Source of the DNA: a virus
Taxonomy: Duplodnaviria; Caudoviricetes
Virus record (IMG/VR): IMGVR_UViG_3300027255_000007
Coordinates: 1 to 48,720 of that record
DNA length: 48,720 nucleotides
Direction: 5' to 3' (one strand)
The position numbers and the translations under genes were made by a program. A model generated the notes under the pieces. The model saw nothing but the letters and a program-made list of their open reading frames with translations. It had not been told where the DNA came from and made no database searches. This document shows positions 10,601 to 19,961 of the stretch, one piece after another; position 1 is the stretch's first letter, and every line of letters begins with the position of its first letter.

Positions 10601-11915
10601 GTGCTTTGGCTAAATTTTCTGTGCCCTTTTTAGTAAGGACACTCCCAACTTGTTTACCAAGTACAAGACTTAAACTTAACCTATCAAGCACAGCAGCAGT
10701 AAGACCAAAAGTCCCTGCCATTAAAGAATCTTTACGATCATCTGGCTGATCAGCATATATACCACCTATATAATAGATAGCACCAGGTAAAACAGAAATA
10801 CCAGCAGCAGCAAATGCAGGAGAACCTAACAAACTAGCTGCACCGCCAGCAGCCATACCACTAAATAAAGGAACCATTGCTGCAACGTTATTTATAAACC
10901 ATGAGCCCGTATCAGCTACTGCAGAGAAAGGATTGCTAGTATCAATATCTTCGTAGTCAGATAAGAACGTAGGAAGCTCTGACAAATCTAATGCAGCTCT
11001 TGTTTGCATTTTCCTAGCTTGCTTAGACAAATAATCCCACTTGTTTTCGTCACCAATGATTTCTAAGACACCACCCACACCTTTAGTAAAAGAGGTAGCA
11101 GAGCTATTAACGGCAGAGTATATTTGTTCTATACCTCTTGCTTCATTCATGATATTCCTATCACTAGGTAATTCACCAACATTACCAACTAGATTTTTAG
11201 GGGTTAACGCTGCATAAAGTAGCTTAGATTTTTCTTGCTTTAATTCTTTTTCAAATTCAACTCTACTGGCATCAGAGATATCTTCTTTTGTTAGAATCAC
11301 ATTAAGCTCTTCAATCCGTTTAGCTGCCTCAATAGCTGCTTCATGACCCACAGACTTTTTAAATGCTGCGAAGTCAGCAGGAGTTGCAACGGTCAATGAT
11401 GGGGAAAAGGTAACTCCTTGTGATTTATCGTAGGCTCTGCTCTCTGCAGCTAAAGCTCTTATTGGATCATTAGCATCGGCATCACGAAACATATTTCCAA
11501 TTGAATCGTACAGCAGCCTACTATCTAATGTTGCAGGGTCCGTCTTCATGGTTGGTGCTTGCATACCAGTAGTGACTAAGGTCTTACCTATATCTTCTCC
11601 AAAGGCATTAACCTTCCTAGCTAAGGTTCGGTCTGGATAGGTAGGATCAGGTCCTTCAGTTTCTAGCCTATTAAACTCACCAACCTCTGAGAGCCTATTA
11701 ACAAACTCTTGCTCACGGCTTCCTTTATAGGTACCTGGAACAACCATGCCAGCTCTAATTCTAGCCTTTTCAGAGGCATCAAACCCTAAAGTTCTATATC
11801 TTTCACCGTCTACTACATCTGTGTCAGCATCATAACTAACAGAGGAACCTACGGGTTTCCCATCAATAAATTTTACCTGTGATCCAGGATCTTTTTTATC
11901 ATCTTCTTCTTTCAT
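7629..11915 (-). CDS. Large internal virion/ejection protein with an N-terminal SNase-like domain and hydrophobic segments
   Basis: 1428 aa. DADT..YRTLGFDASE..DRTLA at the N-terminus; Gly/Ala-rich hydrophobic stretch at ~aa 340-410; synteny. Confidence 0.7.
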   Translation of the reverse strand: MKEEDDKKDPGSQVKFIDGKPVGSSVSYDADTDVVDGERYRTLGFDASEKARIRAGMVVPGTYKGSREQEFVNRLSEVGEFNRLETEGPDPTYPDRTLARKVNAFGEDIGKTLVTTGMQAPTMKTDPATLDSRLLYDSIGNMFRDADANDPIRALAAESRAYDKSQGVTFSPSLTVATPADFAAFKKSVGHEAAIEAAKRIEELNVILTKEDISDASRVEFEKELKQEKSKLLYAALTPKNLVGNVGELPSDRNIMNEARGIEQIYSAVNSSATSFTKGVGGVLEIIGDENKWDYLSKQARKMQTRAALDLSELPTFLSDYEDIDTSNPFSAVADTGSWFINNVAAMVPLFSGMAAGGAASLLGSPAFAAAGISVLPGAIYYIGGIYADQPDDRKDSLMAGTFGLTAAVLDRLSLSLVLGKQVGSVLTKKGTENLAKALVEKSGNTISLNVAREMAINATKKEIIAATSFSAAFAKSQKGIIDFATNAIYRIGTSGFGESLTETTQSALEMIGAAGQWNLDARFQRDFSKNLVQSFIAGGVIGGGFKTVSEAVYGAKLHAAIDKHEMTTKEFDDIQQAQAELRSRWEQENQGSDRQFNTFNVALDIENDAHDWSQGAPKDATEAPKMANKEGLINIVTSPFRLLKGHVSQMTGNLFDKNGNLLEYKAKISSLIGKLGVIPGDFYTSFKRRELGRLTELHTSSENLAKSLGLSVQEASSVVLDAVNNYWSKGEDLPTEHPYFRELTIYRNEMRQLSRAVKKLAAENNADPSQIDDDNALFRPSINVYELNKNKNEVVEKLTEALIKQEEALAKEENREANTSGTRRRATRIVDDLTSPDTIKIKNSSKILEEAGLFRDKQLNNIFEKDFFQSLEDIKQRIVSEAAANRFLGKNGANLFKLADKAYQAGEFKTPEEYQKYLQELKDFVDMAKGEYNTLESLPVLKNTNAFFSTMTMLAMLGKAGISGMVDLPFSLLGTRGEKVNDQLQLWSKNLFAEIGDDVFAHSNSFVNWSLSLVKLNNLAIKNKDQRLKATIDSLEKEILNTEFGSKEQNKLLDKIDKLYLENIGRTLFHSLGFSEQGFNTESRFEYADSSLRNVMSLFAKITGLKQTTDATRLAALSLASDSIASYVEAIRDLPKESLESGKDLTNFQMQSLKELQSFGVDIPTVVRYLKKRPNESMNLGRMYDLLVLKRQNKVGTFEADLDPDFERFVENIQTGIANMVDSNVPNPQIHNIPKYYNDPRFRIFTIMLRYIAAYQTSVLPRLYKDYIKNGNVGMRYSAFSVMVGALAVSALGQGLKDQLAYGEDSPYINGLFKNAQRTIYGSGLLGKGEVLVDAISPLYDRKTTSIYDAMNPANDRSTVAGWAYDTAKSNIAPVAWGDRFVRAGGAISEGNYEQAGKQLARAAPLIGSFPQTYDQLQELFSSLNKE

Positions 11916-11944
11916 AGATTCCTCTTGTTTATGTTATATGGAGT

Positions 11945-14656
11945 TTAGCGTATGAGTCTTAAATACGCAGACAAAGGACTTTCACCTTCTCTACGAGCCA
12001 AGGCTGCTGTGAGTCTTTCTTTATTATTAGGTTTTGCAACCCATTTGCCATAGTCTTTAACTAATTTTTCAACCTTCTGATCTAAATTACCTCCAGCAAG
12101 TTCTTGCCTTATTAGGTTATTTGCATCAGAACTCATAGGATTCCCAACTTTATCAGTAAAATACTTTTTATAACCAGGTTTTAATTCTACTACAGAGGAT
12201 GTGTATAGAGCAGAATGATACTTATCTATATATTGTGCTTCATTTTCTTCACTAGGGTCATATTGACCTATGGCTCTCATAGCACTTGCAGACATATTAC
12301 TTAGGTCTCTGGGTTGAATGTTTGAATTAAAGACTTCCATAGCCTGAACCACAGAAATTGTTTTTTCTGCGAGGGCACCGGCTATTTGGGTAGAATTAAC
12401 TTTAACGTTATTTCCTGCAATGAGGGGCGTGATTGTATCTGTAATAGCCTTTTTACCAACGCCTGTTAATCTTGCGTAATCATCTGTTGTCATTGCATAT
12501 GGTACTCTAACAAGTCCAAAAGTGCCATCGGGTTTTTGCATTTCTCGGAAGACGTTACCGTCTTTATCAACACGTACAGCTTGGGGTACACCGCTGATTA
12601 TACGAATATCTGGCTTAAGACCAGGTTCTTTCTCTCTTGTCTCTAAGTTTAAACGCTTTGCTAGATCATCTTGCATAAGGACTCTAAGAGCGAGGTCTGG
12701 TTGTCTTGAGTTCTTAACAAATTGATTGTAAGCTTCTTCACGAATTCTTGGATCGATCTTTGTAGAAGCAAGTGCATTAGTTAACAATGTTGAAATGCTT
12801 TCATCTCTTTCTCTAAGATTTGTATATTCCTCTCGAAGTTGACTTCTTTTTTCAGCATTAAGTGTTAGATTAAGCTCTATCTCTTTTTTCTTAAGATACT
12901 CGTTAAATCCTCTATCTTCTTTATTTAGTTCTCTTTGTAAAGCTCTTTGTTCTTCTCCAAACTTTCGGATTAAAGCCCTGTTTTCTGCGTCAACAGCTCT
13001 TACTTCTGCCCTATCTTCACCCTCTAGGGTCCTAATTTGGGATACAGTAGCGTCATAAATTTTTTCTTTTCTTTCCTGCTCTGCCTGTTGCGCTTTAGCT
13101 TTGGCTGCTTTTTCACTTGCTAATCTCTTTTCAGCAGATTGCATTGCGTAAATACCTGCGTACTTAAGTGAACCTCCAATAGAGCCTCCAGAGATTAGGC
13201 CTCCTGCAAGGAGAAGACCAAACCTAATAAACTCAGCACTAGTGAACATTTCACCAAAGCCTTTAGACAAGCCTTCCCAGAAAGTTGTAGGTAAATCTTC
13301 TTTTTCTTGTACTGGTTTATTTATATCCTTAAGACTTTCTTGTAAACTTTTAATTAAAGGTAAGTTAGCTCTTGAAGCTTGACCTAATAAAGAAAATCTA
13401 TTTTGATCTTCAGGGCTTAACTTCTTTACAGCAGAAGTTATTCCAGCATCTACTTCCTTACTGTCAACATCAATTTGACCATTAGGTACTTCAGCATGTA
13501 ATCCTGGATCAGTTACTGGCGGCGGTACTTGTGAGCCAGCATAGGCTCCTCCATTGTCAGACCTTTCTTTAGCGGCTGCTACAGCTTCTTCAACAGAGTT
13601 ATACGATTTGTATTTATCTGCTCCTGCTTTTAAAGCATTGGCTATAGCTGTGTTTTCATCTACAATTTTACCATTCCACAATGAGGGAATGTTAGTAGGT
13701 GCTCCGTTATTTAAACTAGGATCTGTAACTGTTATAGAAACCTCTGTTGATGTTGTGCCATCAGGGTTAATTATGGCTGGCCCACCATCATGAGCTATTA
13801 GCCTTAATTGCGACAATGCTTGATCAACTGTTTGCCCATTGTTAACTGCTAAAGGATCTGGTATTAATTTTTCATTTGAGGCCTGACCAGGTAATGGTAA
13901 GTTTAATTGTTTTAGAGCATCATATATACTTTGATCTGTACCTAAACGAGGAATTTCTTCCATTGGCATACTAACACTAGGCCCTGATACGGGAACCTTT
14001 TCGTTAACCTTTGTATCTACTCTAGAGTAAGGGTCAGTGCTTGAAAGATAATCTAAAGCTGTTTTGTTCTGAAGATTAGGATTAGTATCAATAGCACTTT
14101 TAGATAATGAATAACCTAGTGGAGCATTTGGTTGTGATCTTCTTACGTTATCATAACCCGTAGGCCCTACAACCCATGCTTGATTAATCATATTATCATC
14201 AATAGAATCAGGTGCAACTCCTTTACTAATAAGTTGCCTACGAATAGATTCTTTATAAGCATCCCTATATTGCTCTTGCACAGCAGGATCTTTATAATCC
14301 ATTCCTGCTAACTTAGGGTTGACCACAATTGCATCTTCCCTAGCTGCATCTGTCATTTGGTACAAACCAAAAGCAGAACTATCTTTATTTTTTGCCAAAG
14401 GATCGTTACTAGACTCTCTTTGTATTACCTGGGTATCGGTTAAACTTCTAGTTTGTGGTACTGGAACTCCTGATTGTACAGGAGGTACATCTACCCTACG
14501 AGGGTCTTGTTTAGCAAATGATTGTCTTGCATCTAATGCTACCTTATTAACTTGTTGTTGTGCCTTAGCTTGGTCAGCAAGTAATTTAGCTCGCTCTCTT
14601 TCTAATTTGAGAGCGTCCAATTGCTGTCTCGTGGACAGTGGTCCGTCATCATACAT
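11945..14656 (-). CDS. Internal virion protein with a lytic transglycosylase-like domain
   Basis: RESS..SAFGLYQM..AW.VGP lysozyme/SLT pattern; putative TM segment FGLLLAGGLISGG. Start moved to the ATG at 14656 behind GAGG. Confidence 0.75.
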   Translation of the reverse strand: MYDDGPLSTRQQLDALKLERERAKLLADQAKAQQQVNKVALDARQSFAKQDPRRVDVPPVQSGVPVPQTRSLTDTQVIQRESSNDPLAKNKDSSAFGLYQMTDAAREDAIVVNPKLAGMDYKDPAVQEQYRDAYKESIRRQLISKGVAPDSIDDNMINQAWVVGPTGYDNVRRSQPNAPLGYSLSKSAIDTNPNLQNKTALDYLSSTDPYSRVDTKVNEKVPVSGPSVSMPMEEIPRLGTDQSIYDALKQLNLPLPGQASNEKLIPDPLAVNNGQTVDQALSQLRLIAHDGGPAIINPDGTTSTEVSITVTDPSLNNGAPTNIPSLWNGKIVDENTAIANALKAGADKYKSYNSVEEAVAAAKERSDNGGAYAGSQVPPPVTDPGLHAEVPNGQIDVDSKEVDAGITSAVKKLSPEDQNRFSLLGQASRANLPLIKSLQESLKDINKPVQEKEDLPTTFWEGLSKGFGEMFTSAEFIRFGLLLAGGLISGGSIGGSLKYAGIYAMQSAEKRLASEKAAKAKAQQAEQERKEKIYDATVSQIRTLEGEDRAEVRAVDAENRALIRKFGEEQRALQRELNKEDRGFNEYLKKKEIELNLTLNAEKRSQLREEYTNLRERDESISTLLTNALASTKIDPRIREEAYNQFVKNSRQPDLALRVLMQDDLAKRLNLETREKEPGLKPDIRIISGVPQAVRVDKDGNVFREMQKPDGTFGLVRVPYAMTTDDYARLTGVGKKAITDTITPLIAGNNVKVNSTQIAGALAEKTISVVQAMEVFNSNIQPRDLSNMSASAMRAIGQYDPSEENEAQYIDKYHSALYTSSVVELKPGYKKYFTDKVGNPMSSDANNLIRQELAGGNLDQKVEKLVKDYGKWVAKPNNKERLTAALARREGESPLSAYLRLIR

Positions 14657-14660
14657 ATAA

Positions 14661-15179
14661 TTATCCTCGAAATAGTTTCCTGCCAAGATACAAACCAGCA
14701 AGAGTAAAACCGATAGGACCGAGTGCTGCTAATGCCGCACTACCTCCTGCTCCGAGCGCACCAGCTCCTGCTGTAGTAGCAGCAACAGGAGCAGCTGAGG
14801 CTAAAGGTGCTGCAACTGCAGCCGTTGGAATACCAGAACCGGCTAACACACTATTTAATGCGGTTTGTGATCCTATAGCGCTTATTCCAGGGGCTACAGA
14901 TGCGCCTTGTATTGCACCTGCTGTTGTTGGTATTGCAGAACTAATAGCCGCACTCGCTGATGGAGCTGCACTAGCCGCTTTAATACCAGCATCAAGTCCT
15001 GCAGCAGTGGCCTCGATACTTTTATTAAATACCATACTATTGATTTGTTGATCCATAGCGCTAGGGCCTAAGGGTGCGGGAGTAGGCTCACCAGCAGAAG
15101 ATTTAACATTAGCACCCATAGGAGCACCAACATCTTCTTTTGCCCATGCCCAATAGTCTTCCTTGTTAGGGTCTTTCAT
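14661..15179 (-). CDS. Ala/Gly-rich small internal virion protein
   Basis: Low-complexity Ala/Gly body with a hydrophobic C-terminus; lies among ejection genes. Confidence 0.65.
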   Translation of the reverse strand: MKDPNKEDYWAWAKEDVGAPMGANVKSSAGEPTPAPLGPSAMDQQINSMVFNKSIEATAAGLDAGIKAASAAPSASAAISSAIPTTAGAIQGASVAPGISAIGSQTALNSVLAGSGIPTAAVAAPLASAAPVAATTAGAGALGAGGSAALAALGPIGFTLAGLYLGRKLFRG

Positions 15180-15181
15180 AA

Positions 15182-15877
15182 TTACTTACCCCCACCCGTG
15201 GCTTGTTGCCTAGCAGGGTTACCATAAATAGTGCTAGCATATCGGCTGAGAGCCTGATACGGTGCATCGACTAGCTGTTGATCAATGGTTCTTTGCTGAC
15301 CGCCTAAGTTAGCTAAACCTGAAGCACCTCTAGAAGCAATATCACTACCAGCACCAACAGAACTACCTAATGCTTGTTCAGCGGCAAGTCTGTTCTGGAA
15401 CATTTTGTTTTCATAATCAGCATCTACAGCGGCTAACTTACCAACAGTATCGGCGTTCTGAGCACCCTGCATAACAGCTTGACGAGCAGAACCCAGTGTA
15501 CCTTGTTGACCAAAACCAGTATTTAAACTAGCAACATTCTTTTGTGCCTCGTTAACAATGTTTTGTTTCTGAGCAGCTAGAACTTCAGCGCTAGGTGCAG
15601 TTGCTAGGTTGGACAATCTATCCTGTTGTTGTTCAAGAGCTGATAGGCCACCAGTAGTAGCTTTCTCAATACCTGAAGCACCTGTAGTAAAAGCTCTTTC
15701 CTGTAAATCTGAAACACCAGCAACTTTATCTAATGCACCTCCACCGTATAATCTTTCTGCTTCGGCCCCTACTTTTTGGATAGATGGTCTCATCCATTCA
15801 GGAATAGTCTCTACGGTTTTATTAGCTTCACCTCCACCACCGTAACGCTTACTAACCTTTAATTTTTTAAATGACAT
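15182..15877 (-). CDS. Internal virion (pilot/ejection) protein
   Basis: GGGG..T.PEW N-terminus and Gln/Ala/Gly-rich body ending GGGK, typical of podovirus core proteins. Confidence 0.7.
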   Translation of the reverse strand: MSFKKLKVSKRYGGGGEANKTVETIPEWMRPSIQKVGAEAERLYGGGALDKVAGVSDLQERAFTTGASGIEKATTGGLSALEQQQDRLSNLATAPSAEVLAAQKQNIVNEAQKNVASLNTGFGQQGTLGSARQAVMQGAQNADTVGKLAAVDADYENKMFQNRLAAEQALGSSVGAGSDIASRGASGLANLGGQQRTIDQQLVDAPYQALSRYASTIYGNPARQQATGGGK

Positions 15878-15892
15878 TTGTTCTTTCTCCTA

Positions 15893-16309
15893 TTATAAGT
15901 CTTTCCGCATCACGGTATACACTTCTTTAAAGCCAGGTATTTGTTTAGGTAGGATCTTAGCCCAACCTTTACGTCCCCATTGTTCTATTGCTTTACAATT
16001 ATTATCTCTAGCAAATTGCTCTACAATATAATATTGATCAGCCCACTCAGACCAGTCAACACCAGAACAGGCTATGATATGTAACGTCCTATGAGTAGCA
16101 TAATCAAGGAACTGGGTTAGACCAATCCCTTTCAGTTCATTTTCATCTGACATGAACGCCCATAATTGGGCATCATAGTTAATTATCTTTTTAAAATAAT
16201 CCATTAGAGTGGACTCACCAACCCCATGATCTAAAGATTTTTTTAGATAAGAGGAGATAGTAGGCCAATACTCTAGCGCCTGTTCCGGTGTCACTAGTAT
16301 TGTTTTCAT
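15893..16309 (-). CDS. GNAT-fold virion assembly-associated protein
   Basis: FARDNNCKAIEQWGRKGWAKIL motif; sits just before the internal virion genes. Start set at the internal ATG. Confidence 0.65.
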   Translation of the reverse strand: MKTILVTPEQALEYWPTISSYLKKSLDHGVGESTLMDYFKKIINYDAQLWAFMSDENELKGIGLTQFLDYATHRTLHIIACSGVDWSEWADQYYIVEQFARDNNCKAIEQWGRKGWAKILPKQIPGFKEVYTVMRKDL

Positions 16310-16310
16310 T

Positions 16311-16583
16311 TTAAAGTTCCTTAATAATTGCTTTTTGCTCATCCCAACCTAGTTTAGGTATCAAAAGCTCAAGCAAAGGATTTTCCATATTTAATGATTG
16401 TCCAAAAGGAACATTAAAGGTTGCCCTAGGTCTTTTATTCCTAGCAATATCCTCTAAAGTAAACCATGACCCTACTATAACTGTATACTCATTAGTCAGT
16501 TTATCATAGGAAATTTCATGTACCTTATGATACTTAGTTACAGAGGTATCAGGTAAAGTTAAATCATATTCTATATATCTCAT
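16311..16583 (-). CDS. Hypothetical tail-associated protein
   Basis: 90-aa ORF tightly packed after the fibre gene. Confidence 0.6.
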   Translation of the reverse strand: MRYIEYDLTLPDTSVTKYHKVHEISYDKLTNEYTVIVGSWFTLEDIARNKRPRATFNVPFGQSLNMENPLLELLIPKLGWDEQKAIIKEL

Positions 16584-16584
16584 T

Positions 16585-19500
16585 TTATTGTCCAGTACTA
16601 ATACCTTGGGCTGCTAATGCGCTCATTAAATTGTTCCATTCAATCCTACCAACAATACCATTAGGGTTAAAAAACTCGATAATAGCAAAACCATTCGCAC
16701 CTCTGCCTCCACCTCCACAGCCTTGTTGGTTGCCTGACGAAGACCCGCCGCCGCCGCCAGCACCATAACCAGTACCGTCTTTACCTTTCATTGTAGCAAA
16801 GTTGTAAGGAGCATAGATACCTCCATCTCCCCCTACACCGTAACCAGTAGTGTTACCGCCTTTACCTCCAGGCTGAAAATAACCTAAGTCACCAGAGCCA
16901 GAGCTACCATTTGTAGTAGTACCTAAACCGCCAGCTCCTGGAGAATCCCCTGAAACATACGAAATAGGGCCTATAGCACCTTTACCGCCGAAAGCATAGA
17001 AATAACCCTCTGGTACACCTGCTACATAAGTGTTTCCGCCATCTGCACCATTACCTCCTGCAGACCTATTAAGGTTACCAGAGGTTGGACCATTAGGAGC
17101 ACCAGCACCACCAGATCCTACACTTAGATAAATGTATTCTCCTGGAGTCATGTTATGCCATGTCATAATAGACACACCACCGCCACCACCACCATCTCCG
17201 GACTCACCGCCTTCATTATAGGAGGCAGTTGCACCCGCACCTCCCCCTCCCCCACCGATTAACACTAATCTCATGGAAGTAAAGTCTTCAGGTATATAAA
17301 CGATATATGCTCCAGGCCCATACTCTGTTGTTGTTCCAGATAGTCTTGAAAGATCAATAGCACCAGCACCTAGAGTACCTGAAAAAGTGCCTGTTGCTCC
17401 TGTAATGTCTCCTGAAAAGAAGCCACTTGCGGCACTAATGTTTCCAGAAAATGAACCGGTAGCTGCAATCAACTCACCAGAAAACGTTCCACTAGCTGCT
17501 TGTAAGTTGCCACTAAAGGTTCCAGTAGCTCCAGATAAGTCACCGCTAAATGTGCCAGAATTTCCGTACAAAGGTGCTGTCATATAAACACCAGGAGGTA
17601 TTGTTTTACCAGTAACAGGGTCTGTAGTATAGGTAGCCTGAACAATTAGTGGAGCTATTGGTGGTTGATTTCCAGCTATTTCTTCCCAATGTGATGGGGT
17701 TTGATCAGGCAATGCAGAGTTATTAAAGTTCCTTTTTGATCGATATACTAAATCAATAAGTAAATCATTGTTGTAAAATCTAACCAGATCATTTATACTA
17801 TAATCAACAAAAGGTTGCCAAGTAGGGGCATTATCTACATCCGATTGAGTAAGACCATAAGCTGATAGGTAAGAAACTGCAATATCAGGAGATACCACAG
17901 AGAAACTATCAGCTCTAACAATAAAAGAACTTGTTGGTGTTCCATTATTAGCCTCGCTAGCTAAGCCAAAACCAGATACATAACCATTGTTATCAATTTT
18001 TACGGTATACTTACCAAACAATTGGCCTGTTTCAGTAGCCCTTGCAGTAGCTTCTGTTTGAATAGCAAGAGTATTAGTCCCAGATTCTGCTTGTAGCGTA
18101 CTTATTGATGTTGCTAAAGAGCCTTCGACTCCTACTCTAGTTTCAGTTTCAGTACGGATTGCCGCACTTAAACTAATAAAATTATTATCTAAGGAAGAAT
18201 ATAAATTACTAATGTTTGAAGCTATAGACTCTAACTCAGTAGTCCTTGTATTAGACTCTTCTACAATAAGTGAATTAAGGTTTGATAAATTAAAGTCAGT
18301 ATATTGAGTTAAACTTGATGTCAATGAATTGAAAGTAGAAGCTGCTGATTCATCTGCAGCTGTTCTTGCTGATGACTCGGATATAATAGAAGCATTAAGT
18401 TCGTTTACTCTTGTGTCTAACTCATTAGTAAGAGAAGAAGAAAGTACATCTACGGTATATGCAATAGCCTCATCTGCTGAAGACCTAGCCAAAACCTCTG
18501 ACTCAATAAACGCATTGGACTGAGCAACTTTACCATCAATTGTTTCACTAAACCCAACAGATAACGAATTGATACTAGAGGTTAAAGATTCAACATCTGT
18601 AACCCTTGCAATAGACTCATCAATAATTAGCGCATTTGTACTTGAAATATTACTCTCAAGACTAGCCGATAAGCTCGTAACTGACGATGCAAGAACCTCA
18701 TTCTCTGCAGTACGGGTTGTAATTTCAGTCTGTACTAAGGCATTTAAATCTGTTAAATCAGTACTTAAGCTAGAGTATACTGTGTCTACTTGAGTAGCTA
18801 CTGCTTCTACTGCAGAGGCTCTTGTCGAAGACTCTGATAAAATTAGGGCATTTGTATCTGAGATATTACTATCAAAAGTAGATATTACAGTGTTGATAGT
18901 TTCAGCAAGAGCTGAGTCACTGTTAACCCGAGTTGTTGCCTCTGCTTCTACAAGTGCAATAAGATCTGCTTGGTTAGTAGATACAGTAGAAAGGAAAGTA
19001 TCTACTGCATTACTTATAGCAGTAATATCTCCAGCATTGTTTGAAACATTTGTTTCTAGATTACTAATTGCAAGAGCTTGTGCCGCTACTGCTCCTGCAA
19101 TGCTATCATACTGACCAATAAGTTGCCAATAAGTATTATCCGTTGGCAAGTTACCTGTTGTTTCTAGAAGCGCCCTATAGATAGATCCATCATATTTAAC
19201 AATATTACCTGGTTGATATGTTTCTGTTGGAACATAGTCAGGCGTACCTACTAAGTCACTAATATCAGATTGGATGGTTGCTATAACATCGCTTATATTA
19301 CTAATACTAAGGTCAACACTTGATAATTGAGTATCTATATTATCTTTTGCAGACTTAATTCTAGAATTAACAGAGTCTAATAAAGTATCTGGGCCATCAA
19401 TAAGGTTAATTCTATTGGCAAGGTCTGAATATAATTGGCTAGAGGTTATTTGGTTTTCAAGTATACCTAATAACTCATTAACATCTGTGGATTGAGATTG

Positions 19501-19959
19501 AAGATTAGCAAGCCCTAAAGTAATAATATCTAAGTCAATTACCTGTTCTACATGAGGTACCCACACATTTGCAGGCTGTAAGATACTAGCTTGAAACTTA
19601 ATTTGCCTACCACCAATTACACTATACCACAGCTTATGTGTATTTCCAAAACCTTCTGTTTCAAACCAAGTATAATCTGCTGGATTGTTATTTGGAGTAG
19701 TTGAAGATGAGTTGTAAATACCATAAAATACCCTATCAACTGAAGATGTAGATATATTAGTACCTGTATTATCATCTGCATATCTTATATGTATATATTG
19801 GTATTTAAAGCCAACAATATTATTTTCAGAATCATATAAGATTCCATTGCTATAATTTAAGGTACCATTACCACCACCGACTCCAAGGCCGTTAAGAGCG
19901 ATATTAAACAGAAAGGAATCTAAATCCTCATTACCAGTAACTGGTGGTGTTAAACTCAT
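16585..19959 (-). CDS. Tail fibre/host-specificity protein
   Basis: Coiled-coil repeats; DUF1983-like YTVKIDNNGYVSGFGL..FIVRADSF; two CBM5/12-like modules; ATGTFSG 11-mer repeats; Gly-rich C-terminus. Confidence 0.85.
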   Translation of the reverse strand: MSLTPPVTGNEDLDSFLFNIALNGLGVGGGNGTLNYSNGILYDSENNIVGFKYQYIHIRYADDNTGTNISTSSVDRVFYGIYNSSSTTPNNNPADYTWFETEGFGNTHKLWYSVIGGRQIKFQASILQPANVWVPHVEQVIDLDIITLGLANLQSQSTDVNELLGILENQITSSQLYSDLANRINLIDGPDTLLDSVNSRIKSAKDNIDTQLSSVDLSISNISDVIATIQSDISDLVGTPDYVPTETYQPGNIVKYDGSIYRALLETTGNLPTDNTYWQLIGQYDSIAGAVAAQALAISNLETNVSNNAGDITAISNAVDTFLSTVSTNQADLIALVEAEATTRVNSDSALAETINTVISTFDSNISDTNALILSESSTRASAVEAVATQVDTVYSSLSTDLTDLNALVQTEITTRTAENEVLASSVTSLSASLESNISSTNALIIDESIARVTDVESLTSSINSLSVGFSETIDGKVAQSNAFIESEVLARSSADEAIAYTVDVLSSSLTNELDTRVNELNASIISESSARTAADESAASTFNSLTSSLTQYTDFNLSNLNSLIVEESNTRTTELESIASNISNLYSSLDNNFISLSAAIRTETETRVGVEGSLATSISTLQAESGTNTLAIQTEATARATETGQLFGKYTVKIDNNGYVSGFGLASEANNGTPTSSFIVRADSFSVVSPDIAVSYLSAYGLTQSDVDNAPTWQPFVDYSINDLVRFYNNDLLIDLVYRSKRNFNNSALPDQTPSHWEEIAGNQPPIAPLIVQATYTTDPVTGKTIPPGVYMTAPLYGNSGTFSGDLSGATGTFSGNLQAASGTFSGELIAATGSFSGNISAASGFFSGDITGATGTFSGTLGAGAIDLSRLSGTTTEYGPGAYIVYIPEDFTSMRLVLIGGGGGGAGATASYNEGGESGDGGGGGGVSIMTWHNMTPGEYIYLSVGSGGAGAPNGPTSGNLNRSAGGNGADGGNTYVAGVPEGYFYAFGGKGAIGPISYVSGDSPGAGGLGTTTNGSSGSGDLGYFQPGGKGGNTTGYGVGGDGGIYAPYNFATMKGKDGTGYGAGGGGGSSSGNQQGCGGGGRGANGFAIIEFFNPNGIVGRIEWNNLMSALAAQGISTGQ

Positions 19960-19961
19960 AG

